Shown: piece by piece, positions 12,262 through 25,098 of the stretch | Position numbering within the stretch: the stretch's first letter is position 1 | Layout: every line of letters starts with the position of its first letter | Source of the DNA: Lingula anatina | Taxonomy: Eukaryota > Animalia > Brachiopoda | Direction: 5' to 3' | NCBI GenBank assembly: GCA_051362555.1 | Contig: CM120642.1 | Coordinates: forward strand, 868,001 to 932,000 | Length of the DNA: 64,000 nt | Made by a program: the position numbers and the translations under genes | The notes under the pieces: generated by a model | Database searches by the model: none | What the model was told of the DNA's origin: nothing | The model's input: the letters and a program-made list of their open reading frames with translations, nothing else

Positions 12262-14454
12262 AGTCATAAAGTGAAAATTTGGGTGATATTCCAAAGTCAC
12301 TTTCAACCTTGTATAAAACAAACAGCAACAACATCGTCTCGCGATTCAATTGCAGGTTTTTTGATTTATTTTCTTTTGGTCGCATAATTTCTATACGCCC
12401 AGATAATTTTTGATGTGATGATTAATGTGACAGCGTCTAGGGTACGCGGTGGTAATTTTTGGCGATTATACTTGGGAAACATATTTTGTCCATGAAGCAA
12501 TGTCTCCTCCTGTTGTCCGATGTGAAATCAATGTAGCCAGCATGAGGTGTTAACGGACGCAGACAAGAGTCACTGGACGAGATGCTTGATATTCTTTTTA
12601 ACTGTAAGACCCTCTGTATGTGCGCCAATATAAAGGAACCAAATTTATATTTTTAATGAGATTGGTGTGGTCCACAAATTGTGATAACAAATTGGTGCGT
12701 GTCATGCTGAAGTATTTCCATACGATAATTTATTGCAGTCATACAGACAAAATGTCTTATATACTCAGAATAACAATTAGTAAGATTTACAGGGTTTATC
12801 ACGTACATCGTCAACGTCGCTGCACAGTAAGTCAAAAGCATTATAATGGGCCTTTGAAAATCCATGAAACTCTCAATGTTGACGCTTGACAAAGTCCTCG
12901 TGAGAAAATTGACAAAAACCAAATTAAAAAAGTTTTTCGCGTTTATTTTTACCTGCTTACTTCAGTTAAACGCTTCGAATAAAACTGCTGTGTTTTATGG
13001 GTTTGCTGAATTAAATACCGGCACGTGTGAGAACAAGATCGACAAGAAATTTTATTTTCTAATAACAATCATTGTAATGGCGTGTAAACAACTATTTTTT
13101 TACAGATAATTGACTCCAATTAACGATACTTGACTAACATGGATATATAGCTCTGTAAAATGCTAGCATTTTAAAAATGTACATATGGATTATATCTCTT
13201 TATAGAGATTTTCACTTTGTACTTTTACATCAATTAAAAATTGAAATATAAAAATAGGGGAGAATATTGCTCACTTAAATGTAATTCTAGACAAATATAT
13301 GCACAGATTTGGTTTACACGAAACCGCGATTACAGTAACGAGTGCAAAAAGCGGTTTCCCCCCGCACAATGCTTTCTATATAAAATTACTTATACAGGAT
13401 AACAAAGGCGAGGTGATGCGAGGTATTGTGTGTATTTGGAAAGGTATATGTTTTGTAAGTGGATAAGTCCTTTACCTCAAATAGGTCACACATTGTACCT
13501 GGGACACAGGTAACTTCTGTACAGGTAAACAGTCGCCCTGCCCCAGACCTGATGCCGTGAGCTGCGTCCTCGCTGATGTACAAGTGTGACTTTAATTTAT
13601 TGGGCAGGGAACACAGGTGTAAAGTTATCGGAAGATCAACCTAGAGAGGCGTGGCACAGCCGGGTGAGATCCTCCACTAGTACAGCACCTGTATTCGGAA
13701 AGAAAACTTTCATACTAGTCAAATATTTATAAGAACATCCTCGGAAGGTTGGAATTCGTCCTTTTAAACACATAAGTGTTATTTGGACCTCGTCACATCA
13801 AGCACATTTGGTCATATTGGAGAGAAGGACGGATTTTAAATCACCCTGGGGACATTGGATGTAAGGTACACTAAGACGCAGTCAACCAGATTACAGCACA
13901 AGAGTCCCGTTAGACAGGGCATGGACCTAATCTCTCATTAGGTCCATGGACAGGGTGGCGTCTTACCTGTAACACGTAAGTGAATGGTCAATAGCAAGTA
14001 TTAATAGAAACTAACTGAAACAACTGATTTTCTTCTCCAACAGCGTAAAAGATAACAATGTCTACTTGAGCAAGGTCAGTGCTCTAATTTTGAAGGTATC
14101 ATTTCTTCTACTTTACCCTCAAAAAATGATAGCTTGGGCGTGCGAAAAGAAACCCCTGTCTGTCCTCCGGCAGAACTTCAGAGTAGCTTTACCAAAAAGA
14201 AATGATAGCTTATGTTTTAAACGAAAAGAAAGTATGTTCAGATGGAAGACCTCTGCATGTGTCGTCCGGCAGACGATCAGAATAGGTCAATGATTCAGAA
14301 AAAAGATTGGTAAAATTGGCTTTAACTATCTTAACTGGGTCTTCCATCATATGATAAACACTTCATCTAAATTGAACTGATTCTATTCTAGTGAAGAAGC
14401 GAGGCGTTACCTCATTTTCAGGGTCCTAGACCCAGGCGCAGACTTGAAATCTTA

Positions 14455-14700
14455 GGGCTCGTTCCCATTGGAACTATCGGTCTATGAAGATGAGACCCTG
14501 GCTGACTGCAATTCATTCAACAGATCAACACGCTTTCTCTTGTTTACAACGTACTCCTACAATCACCAGCCTTTCTGTATTCTACCCAACACCAGGGCTA
14601 GGCATGTTAAGCTGGTAAACTGATTGCATTTAATCAGTGAGAGTTCCTGCGGAGTTGGATCGATCTATCTATACCGATAGTTTCAATGGGAATGAACCCT
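14455..14700. mobile_element. Foldback MITE family A-related copy
   Basis: Termini TTCCCATTGGAACTATCGGT / ACCGATAGTTTCAATGGGAA. Shares GGAGTTGGATCGATCTA with the other copies. Confidence 0.65.
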
Positions 14701-15157
14701 TACTTATACAATTATAAGAGTTCTAACCAAGCACAAAAAAAGTATAAAATATATTGGTGTAAATAGGGGCCGATAAGTGCACATTTTACGCCAGCTTTTA
14801 CATCTGTTAATGATTGTTGAACATCATGAATAGGTTTATACGATTTACCATTCATTCTTACTGATAGACTGCATGCAGCATGGAGAGAATGACGAGTTTT
14901 GGAAGTCTGTCAGCTTTAAAAAACCTGAGATTAATCAGAAAGGGAAGAGTAAGGAGAATTCAGTCGACCAACACTGATCATATTATATATATATATTGTA
15001 TCTGTCAAACCAGATAGTATCGTTTTCATATTATCATATGCGGTGACCTGTCCGTTTGGAGAAAAGCAACGAGTTCACTTGTTTGCATGATCGCAGTTCA
15101 CTGCTTTCTTCAGACAGATTGTCAACAAAGTATAGTCATAATACTTTTTGCTCAGGT

Positions 15158-15229
<72 letters not shown>

Positions 15230-16249
15230 TTGTCTATGTGTACCAACCGAGGACATCAGCACAACACCATACAACCGAGGACATCTTATTCCTTGGTTAA
15301 ATCAAAATAAAAACATTCAATTTAGGGTAAAATCTATTTGAGTATGAATGTTATAAATTAATTTTTTATAAAAACTAATTTTTTGCTGACAAGAATTTTA
15401 CATTCTAACCGAGGACACACACGGACACACACACGGACAGACACTACACATTACAACAGAGGACATGCATGCATCTACATGTAATAATGATTGTACTTTT
15501 AATGCAAAGCAAATTTTATATAGCGTTACTTTGCAGCAATTCACATTTTTATGAAATTCTTTCATATTTAAGGTAAATTCCAAAATAACACCAGAGGTGA
15601 TGATTAAATGAACAGTTATACAATATTTAATGCTGGGCTTTGCCACTTTTTTAGAATTGAAGATTATGAGATAAAACATCAATTAATTTAGGAAAAGAAA
15701 GGATACTGATGAAATAAAATAAAAGACCAAAGAAATTCGTTTTCAAACATTTTATTTTCATAATGCTTATTTTCTATTTAGCACTCTTTTATTATCATGA
15801 ATTTTGTATTTTGATAACACAAAGTGTCGTCCATTGGATACAGACTTGAACAGTACACAATCTTACAATTGAGGACATCATGCCAGCAGCACCCAAAATT
15901 GTGCTTTCTTCCAATTTGATGCAATATTATATAATGCTTAACAGCATAATGATCATCAATTTTTTATAATAAAATATTAGTATCATGAATATTCAGAAAA
16001 TGTGACTAGCAAAGGTTTTCAGGTTCATGGAACTCCAAAGTCATACTTTGAAAATGCTAAATGTATACAAGAGAGCACTGTACTGAAATGGGTTTCTTTC
16101 CATTTTTAACTTTTTTACATAAAATAATACAGTTTACTGCCATTTCACATGATCAACTAAGAAAATTGTTGAGATGGCAAAAATATCAATATAACAAGTT
16201 TAAATGTCCAATTTCCTCCATTCCGAACATTGTGAATGATTGAATCTGA

Positions 16250-18258
16250 CAAACTACAATGATACGAGTTCATTTCCATTTTGGCACTTTTTTTACACAA
16301 TACAAGATAACAGGTTTACCACCATTTTTATATAATCAACTAGCAATATTGTCAAGACGCAGAAATTGTCAAACAACCCATTTTACATATCTAGTAAATT
16401 CAATAATGAGACTGTTTACATGCCTGACAATCAAATCTGAGGAAAACCACTTATATACAAATAAAAGCTGAAGTCCCTCAAAACTCAACCAATCAATCTT
16501 ATTTTTAAATTTGATTTGTATATAGATAACATTGATCACTCTTGTGAGTTTAATGACAACAGGCCTATCGGTTCTCCCTGAAATGTGCTTACAGTGTTAC
16601 TAATATGCTTTTACTAATAATCATCAGTTCTGTGAGTTTCATGAAAACAGGCTTTAAGTTATTGGTTCTCCCTGAAATGTGCTTACAGTGTTACATATAT
16701 GCTGAAAAAAAAAAAAAAAAAAAACAGCATAACATTTGAAAGAAAAGGGCCTGGTCATGCTGATTTTCAATCTTGATCATTCTTTTTAATTTACTAATAA
16801 TCATCAGTTCTGTGAGTTTCATGAAAACAGGCTTATTGGTTCTCCTTGAAATATGTTAACAGTGTTGCATGTACACTGAAAAAAGGAGAAAAAATGCAAA
16901 ACTTTTGAAAATAATCACCCCATTTCCTCCATTTTGAGACACTGTATTACACAGTAAATGATAACATGTTTACCGTCATATTTATATAATCAACTAGCAA
17001 TGTTGTAAAGATGCAGACAATTTCAGAAAAACACTAACATATTTACATATCTAGTTAATTCAATAACGAAACTGTCAACATGCCTGACAATCAAATCTGA
17101 GGAAAACCACTTATATACAAATAAAAGCTGAAGTCCCTCAGAACTCAACCAATCTATCTTATTTTTAAATTTGATTTGTATATAGATAACATTGATCACT
17201 CTTGTGAGTTTAATGACAACAGGCCTATCGGTTCTCCCAGAAATGTGCTTACAGTGTTACTTATATGCTGAAAAAAAAACAGCATAACATTTGAAAGAAA
17301 AGGGCCTGGTCATGCTGATTTTCAATCTTGACCATTCTTTTACTCATAATAATCAGTTCTGTGTGTTTCATGAAAACAGGCTTTAAGTTATTGGTTCTTC
17401 CTGAAATGTGCTTACAGTGTTACTTATATGCTTAAAAAAAACAGCATAACATTTGAAAGAAAAGGGCCTAGTCATGCTGATTTTCAATGTTGACCATTCT
17501 TTTACTAATAATCATCAGTTCTGTGAGTTTCATGAAAACAGGCTTATTGGTTCTCCTTGAAATGTGCTTACAGTGTTACATATATGCTGAAAAAAACCAG
17601 CATAACATTTGAAAGAAAAGGGCCTGGTCATGCTGATTTTCAATCTTGATCATTCTTTTTAATTTACTAATAATCATCAGTTCTCTGAGTTTCATGAAAA
17701 CAGGCCTATTGGTTCTCCTTGAAGTGTGTTTACAGTGTTGCATGTACACTGAAAAAAGGAGAAAAAAATGCAAAACTTTTGAAAATAATCACCCCATTTC
17801 CTCCATTTTGAGACACTGTATTACACAGTACATGATAACATGTTTACCGTCATATTTATTTAATCAACTAGCAATGTTGTAAAGATGCAGAAAATTTCAG
17901 ACAAACACTAACATATTTACATATCTAGTTAGTTCAATAACGAAACTGTCAACATGCCTGACAATCAAATCTGAGGAAAACCACTTATATACAAATAAAA
18001 GCTGAAGTCCCTCAAAACTCAACCAATCAATCTTATTTTTAAACTTGATTTGTATATAGATAACATTGATTACTCCTGTGAGTTTCATGAAAACAGGCTT
18101 ATTGGTTCTCCCTGAAATGTGCTTACAGTGTTACTTATATGCTGAAAAAAAACAAAAACAGCATAACATTTGAAAGAAAAGGGCCTGGTCATGCTGATTT
18201 TCAATCTTGACCATTCTTTTACTTATAATCATCAGTTCTGTGAGTTTTATGAAAAGCC
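16250..18258 (+). repeat. Degenerate tandem array of ~160-175-bp satellite-like units with higher-order (~660-890 bp) periodicity
   Basis: Recurrent block CAGCATAACATTTGAAAGAAAAGGGCCTGGTCATGCTGATTTTCAATCTTGA (~16725, 17280, 17442, 17598, 18159) and recurrent block TGCCTGACAATCAAATCTGAGGAAAACCAC (~16421, 17081, 17955). Confidence 0.9.
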
Positions 18259-18690
18259 TACTCTGAAGTATCGAATGAAAGTACTGATGGAATAAAAGTA
18301 CTGGGTGGAAAAAATCTCAAAATTTAATAAAAGTACTGATGGAATAAAAGTACTGGGTGGAAAAAATCTCGAAATTTAATAAAAGTACTGGATGGAATAA
18401 AAGTACTAGGTGGAAAAAAACTTTACACCGCTCCCCCCCCCCCAAAAAAAAAAAAAAAAAAAATGAAATAAATAAATAAAAGTAAAGAAGAAGAAGAGAA
18501 AGAAACAAGGCAGCAAAGCTGTCAAATGTACAGACAAAAACCAGAAAATAAAAACGCAGGAAATAGGATACTGTCAATTCTGATGAACTAATGTATTATG
18601 CTAACTGTAAATGCATAGCCAAAATCAAATTCTTATTCTGCATAACATTGGATTAGGATGAAAGTAAAATGTGTATCAAGCATTAGACTA

Positions 18691-18904
18691 AGTTCCCATA
18701 CCTAGATCAATCTAACAGGATCAATCCAACTCCAAGGGGTTTCTCACTAAATTGCTTTCAGTTTGAGAGTCTTAGGATTCTGGCATGCCAGTTTCAGTAG
18801 GCGTGACAGACAACTAAGCCACTTACATTGATTGCAATTTAGCGAGAATTCCCATGGAGATAGATCGATCCACAGTTAGCGTGATAGGGTCTGGAAATAG
18901 TCCC
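18691..18904. mobile_element. Foldback MITE family A, inverted copy
   Basis: The reverse complement aligns with 12011-12261 (CCAGACCCTATC...TGTCTGTCACGCCTACTGAA). Confidence 0.8.
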
Positions 18905-19004
18905 TAAGGTGTCAGGCTGATAAGAGTTAAACTTTGGAAATGCCAGAATGAGGTACAGTGAAAATTAAACACAAAAAAAAATTGCTTAAACTCATTAAAA
19001 AAAA

Positions 19005-19080
<76 letters not shown>

Positions 19081-20464
19081 TATTAATTTTTTTTTTTTTT
19101 TTGCTGTATGTCAATCCTAAGAATCATTCTTGTAACTTAACAAAATACAGAAAATGTTACAAAGTAAGAGTACAGGGCTCCTGGCAGATGGGAGTGATAA
19201 GTCACGACTTGAAAATGACAGTATAGCACTCTATAAACCTGCATTGCCTCCAAAACAGAAAACAATCACACTGGTTTTCAAACACAAGCTGCACTTCTGT
19301 CTTATGAAACTTTTCAGTAAGTTTCAGTATCGTAAGTAACATGGTTTTCCCTTAACCGCTATCCTGGCAGCAGTGTCCAAAATAGGGTTTTCATCAACTT
19401 TCATGCAATAAACCATAATACTTAACAGCATAATGACCATCAAATTTTTTATAAAAAAATAAAAGTATCATGAATATTCAGAAAATGTGATTTGGGAAGG
19501 TCTTCAAGGCCATGGAAGTTCAGAGTCACACTTTCAAAATGCCAAAATGTAAACAAGAGATAACTGTACTGAAATGATTTTCTTTCCATTTTCAACACCT
19601 TTTTTAAAACAAAATGATCAATAAACTGTCATTTTTAAATGTTCAACTAGGAAAATTGTTGACATAGGAAAACTATCAATAGAACAATTTTCAATGTCCA
19701 ATTTGCTCCATTTGCAGATGCTGAACATAGTGAATGATTAAATCTGACAAACTGCAATGATGAGTTCCTTTCCATTTATGATACTTTATTACACAATGCA
19801 CAATATTATAACAGGTTTACCGTCATTTTTATATAATCAACAATATTGTTAAGAAGCAGAAAATGTCAAAACAACACTTTTACATATCTTATTAGTTCCA
19901 TAATGAGACTGTTAACATGCCTAAGAATTAAATCTGAAGAAATGACAATTATATACAAAAATACAGAAAATGCACAGCACTTCTGGTGGATGGGAGTAAA
20001 AAATCACATCTTGAAGATGCTAGTGTTTGAAAAATAATTTAAAAAAAAAATAAAAAAAAAAAAAAACGTAAAAAATTCCAATAAAGCTGCTATTCAAACT
20101 TTTAATCTAGCTGTATTAACTTGATATTAATAACCCCACCAAGTTTGAGAAAAATAAAGCACTGTTATTCATCTATAGCATGTTGGCATAACACATTCTT
20201 TTTGTTGTAAATTTATTTGCAATGTTTAACACCATTTATCTGCACAATTATCACCAAATCCTAATTTTGTGACACAGTTAAGAGAGCTAAACCTATGGGA
20301 CTTTACAGGGAAATCTCAACGAGTGTTTTATGTAATCTCATTTAATGGCCAATTGAAAATTAATGAGTAGGCAAGTGACTTTATAGACCTTAATTTAATT
20401 AGTGATCACCCAAGGGACAATTTTATAGACTGCCATCCATACAGTACCATCATATAGCACAAAG

Positions 20465-20885
20465 GTGTTGCATACATGCTGAAAAAAGTGAAAAACAGCA
20501 TTACTTCCCTAAAAATGACCCAATCACGCTGATTTTCAAACTTGACCTGCGTATTATGAATATTCATCAGTTCTGTAAGTTTGAAACCAAAAGGTAAAAT
20601 GGTTTTCCACTTATCGTGTTATCGGTGCTGCATATATGCTGAAAAAAGTGAAAAAACAGCATAAATTCCCTATAAGTGACCCGATCATGCTGATTTTCGA
20701 ACTTGACCTGCGTATTACGAATATTCATCAGTTCTGTAAGTTTCAAGCCAAAAGAAAAAACAGTTTTCCACTTATCGTGTTATCGGTAAAAGTGCACGGC
20801 GACGGCGACGACGGCGACAGCGACGGCGACGACAGACGCAGATGACGGCTACATGTACAGACACATCTGTGTCTGTACATAAAAA
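20465..20885 (+). mobile_element. 3' part of a Helentron-associated (HINE-like) element with internal tandem repeats
   Basis: Two ~161-bp tandem units (ATGCTGAAAAAAGTGAAAAA...CTTATCGTGTTATCGGT), then a (GGCGAC/GAC)n microsatellite, then the terminal hairpin ATGTACAGACACA-TC-TGTGTCTGTACAT and an A-run. Confidence 0.7.
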
Positions 20886-22076
20886 GCTAGCTATTGATCA
20901 TTGTAAAAAAAAAAAAAAAAAATTCACCAGGTAAAATTCACTCAGTATTAAAATTTATCTTAAAAACGGGATGAGTTAAATTTCATAATTGTCAGGGGCC
21001 GAAGACCCAGATATATCGCACCTAAGCCGCCTCCGAGAGCCATACGGTTCATACTAGTAAATTTATTCTCAGATATAAGGTTCGTTTTGCATACCTGTAA
21101 ACTCCTAAGGGTTTATCTTACATAGAAATGTGATTTAACATCGTTTAAATCATAAATCGGCATGAAATAATTGACGTTTGAAAACAGACACAACTTCTTT
21201 GCTGCACTTGAAATGACCTCCTTAGCTATAAATATGATCCTATCACCTTGCGACATTGCATCATTCGATCGATATACATGAGTAGTTGTCACTGCTGAAG
21301 GGAAAGCACGTCTATTTATAGAAACTGAAATCAGGTGAGGCATGTACTGTTGTGTTCAGAGAGCGACTTCCGCTTGACCTACTTTCCAGTGCTGTTTGTG
21401 GAACAGTAGGTAATGAGTTGAGATCTCGATTTTCTTCTCATTATACTTCAATTTAAGAAAATAAAAAGCGTGACTTGTACTTGTGTAATTTCCCACCGGT
21501 ACAATAGGTATTTAATAAACATACCGGGTGGAAGATTTTTGAAAAATTAATAAGCGTAGGCTACTGGGTGAAAATGGAGCGTACCGGCGGGAAGAAATTT
21601 GGAAAATTAATTAACGTACCGGTACGTTTATTTGATACTTCAGAGTAGGAGAGCTTAATTTGATAAAAAAAGACCTTTAGTTTAAAAATATGAACTTACT
21701 GAATATAAAGACATCTGAGATATAACATTAGTTTCAGTTTAGTCTGCCCTTTACAGCACAACCGAGGACGCGGAATTTGGTCCGCCCTTTACAGCACAAC
21801 CGAGGACGCGTGTGTATAGCCCGATTTCAGACAAAAAGTTGGACAGTATTTCTGATACACTCGTGGCGGGAATTTGGCCCGCGCTATACAGCATAACCGA
21901 GGACTGGCTCAGAATAGCGTCAAATTTCACCACCTAACTTGAAATGGGCCCCTTTATGCATTCCACTGCTTATGTCAACCGAGGACGTCCTCGGTTGGAG
22001 GTGTGTCCTCGGTTAGTGGGTTTCGGGCGGGTGTGTGTCCTCGGTTAGAATGCGTGCACAAGAGCACACACACACA

Positions 22077-22117
<41 letters not shown>

Positions 22118-22168
22118 ACACACACATGCACACACACACACACACACACACACAGGTACACACACATG

Positions 22169-22199
<31 letters not shown>

Positions 22200-22529
22200 C
22201 TCTTAACAGGTATTAACCGCGAGCGGCATTCCACCCCTCTATTAAGTTACATCAACAGTATACCATTACATCTTATTTCTACTGCAGTGCCCAAGGATTC
22301 ACACAGGTTCAGATTCCTTATTGTTAAACACCTTCACACAAATGAGTTTAAGGTACAGTCATTGACAGCACAACTATCAAATTACACGAATAAATAAAGA
22401 AATAAACATTTAAATAAAGAAATAAATATTTAAATGAACACCGTAATTACATTAATAGTCACATATGGATAAACCTGAGTAATGGAGGATAACTGAAATG
22501 ACCTCAAACTATGCTAAAACTGCTTGCTA

Positions 22530-23914
22530 CACACACTGGACAAAAGAAGTGTCACCCCTACTGAGCCAATACTATGGGGGAGATAAATGACTGTGGAATG
22601 ATATGCTCCTGGTATCATTTTATTAACATCAAATTTCACAAAAAATCACAAAATGAGAACAAAATATACATTCTACCAAAATATGCAGTTTCAAGTCCAA
22701 AATTAGTACTTAGTGGCATAGCCACGTGACCTAATAATAGGTGCCAGTCTCCGAAGCAAGGTTTCATATAATTGTCTGATGCGTTCAGGGCTTATGCTGG
22801 CCCAAGCATGAAAAACTGAATACAACAGAGTTTCTCTGCTGGTTAGACGGGCATTTGTAAAAAGTTTTGACATATCATTCCACACATTTTCTATTATGTT
22901 TGCATCCGGACTCTGGGCAGGCCACATCAGCCTGCGAATGCCCTGTTGGTCAAACCAATCATCAACTGCTCTGGGCCTGTGACAAGGAGCATTGTCATCC
23001 TGGTGAACAAATGGATAATTCCTGTCACCAAACATGTTAGTAATAGATGGTAGCAAGCCTGACTCCAAAACATCGATATATTTCTAGTGATTCATGTTTC
23101 CATTAACCACTATCAATTCGCCCAAGCCATGGATGCTGATGCAGCCCCACACCATGATGAATATGCTGCTCCGGGTTCTAAAATTCAGTGCATGTGGTTC
23201 AAATGCTTTACCAGCAGTTTGCCAGCATAGTACCCGTCTGTCATCAGAGGTCAGACCAAAGCGACACTCATCAGAAAAATATATAGGACCAATTGTAATG
23301 AACTGTCCAGTTCCAGATCCTGTTGACCCTAGTTTACTCTACGTTGCCTGTTTTGTAACGATATAAGAGGTTTCAGTCTTGCTACCCTGCTGTACACTCT
23401 CTGAGCGCGTAACCGACGCCTTGCAATTTTCACAGACACATTCTTATGTGTGAAATTGTTCCACTGTGTTGTCAACTGACAAGCAGTGTCGAACTTAGAC
23501 AACCTGGACATCAAAATCAGTCGTCGGTCTTCACGGCCAGTATTTTTTCTTGGACGACCAATCAGAGGCAATTTGTCTCTTGATCCAGTGTTTCTATACC
23601 GAGACCAGACCCTCTGCATGGTTTTGACTGAACAATTCAATTGTATCGATATTCTGACATTGCTTATATTGCGCCTCTTCAGGTTAATAACTTGCACCTA
23701 TAACCGTTAGATAATTGCCTGTATCTTGCCATATTGGAGGAAGACAGGAATAACATTTGCTGTACATGTACAAGACCAACAATACAATTCAATGGTATAG
23801 CGGTTTTATACTAATTAGTCACATTATAAGTAGACCAGGCATTATAAGTACCCAAGATCTGCCTACTTTTATTACTCTGAGTTAGGGGGTGACACCTCTT
23901 TTGTCCAGTGTGTG
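22530..23914 (-). mobile_element. Tc1-family DNA transposon, full length but decayed
   Basis: 29-bp TIRs CACACACTGGACAAAAGAAGTGTCACCCC / GGGGTGACACCTCTTTTGTCCAGTGTGTG with one mismatch, TA on both sides, 1385 bp. Confidence 0.95.
22703..23732 (-). pseudogene. Tc1 transposase pseudogene (DD34E)
   Basis: Fragments across frames: HTH plus GRPRK (23329-23697), FSDECRF, and QDDNAPCH...WPAQSPDANIIENVW with 34 residues between D and E, ending in GYATKY. Frameshifts or stops occur after the ATG at 23732 and near 23329 and 23085. Confidence 0.93.
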
Positions 23915-24875
23915 TAGGTACAGAAAATATACAGTCGGTCTTTAAAGTTGATTTCTTTAAATAAATGTTTTGCGATCTTATTTATGGACCTCCCCTTTTT
24001 GTGCCCTATTCTCTCTCAGCATTGTGTGTGAGATAAACCACCAAAGACAGTAGCAAAAAGAAACGATTTAGTACAACGGGTACAACTGTGTCATCTTTAC
24101 CACAACATGTATCATGCACGTTACTGTCAAATACAAAACTTTTAGACGTAGATATATCCGTTGTGAAAAAAAAAATTAATAACCGAGATAATCTTACAGA
24201 ATATCTTATTTTTGTTTTTCAAGTGTTTTCGTTAAAAATGTGTGTTTATACTGCTGAATGCGATATGTAGATGTGTTCCGGTTATGTGAATTTCCTGTTT
24301 GATTTTATAACATCAGTCAAAATACATGAATGTACTTAAATACATCTCATCTTCCACTGAATCTTAACTGCCTGTCACTGCACAATAGACTAAGTGGGGC
24401 GACATCATTAATTTATCACCAAAATAGGGAGATTCTAAATTTTTATGGTAGCAGTCCATTCTTATGCAAAACATTATCTTTATTATCAACGGTGTAGAGG
24501 GAAATGCAGGTGAAAAAAAATAGGATATCGCCAAAGAACTGCTTTGTATGACTTATATGTTTTGTAAAATAATTATAATAAGTCTCGTATTTGGCTCAAG
24601 ATTTAAAATGAGCCCAGATTACATATGATGCAGACAACATAGTCCAGACATAATACCATTTAATCAGCGGCAGAAATAACCTCTGTTTGCAAATTGTTAG
24701 AAAAAGATAAAAACCTTAAAACTACATGTGCTTCTCTGTGTCACAGGTAAAAAGTATGTCTAAAAGATGTATAATGTGGCATGGTTTAAAGATGGAAACT
24801 GAATGGTGTAAATAACATACATACGTTATCTATTTTTATTTGTATAAAGCGTGTTACAGTGTATGTGTCACTTCA

Positions 24876-25098
24876 AAGGGGCGGATCCAGGATTATTTGA
24901 AGGGGAGGGGGGGGGTCCGCAGATGCGAAGCCGACCCTTTCCCCCTCCCGTGGCGTGCGGGTCGGGGCCCGCTAAAGCGGGCCCGAAATTTTTTGTTTCT
25001 TTAGAGGGCAAACGGTGCCATTTGGTACGGTTTATAACTATGATACAGCTAGTCAAAATTCTAATTCCAACCTGACCCCCTCTCTAAATCCGCCACTG
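24876..25098. mobile_element. GC-rich MITE (AGGGGCGGATCC...AAATCCGCCACTG family)
   Basis: Inverted termini similar to those of the 36445-36610 element. Confidence 0.6.

Larger units (their letters stand above)
18261..21645. mobile_element. ~3.4-kb TA-flanked TIR element (Tc1/mariner/pogo-like, non-autonomous), nested
   Basis: TA|CTCTGAAGTATCGAATGAAAGTAC at the left end and GTACGTTTATTTGATACTTCAGAG|TA at the right end. Subterminal AATAAAAGTAC/AATAAGCGTA...GGGTGGAA repeats occur at both ends. Confidence 0.65.
15228..22062. mobile_element. ~6.8-kb composite TIR element inserted in a (CA)n microsatellite
   Basis: Both ends read CTTGT-N11-AACCGAGGACA in inverted orientation and abut (CA)n tracts (15191-15226 and 22064-22194). 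There is also a perfect 22-bp inverted repeat at 15401-15422 / 22031-22052 and multiple subterminal AACCGAGGAC motifs. Confidence 0.7.

Noticed and set aside
21975-22397. His/Thr- and Cys/Val-rich ORFs
   Set aside because: They are translations of (CA)n microsatellite. The same applies to 15056-15341.
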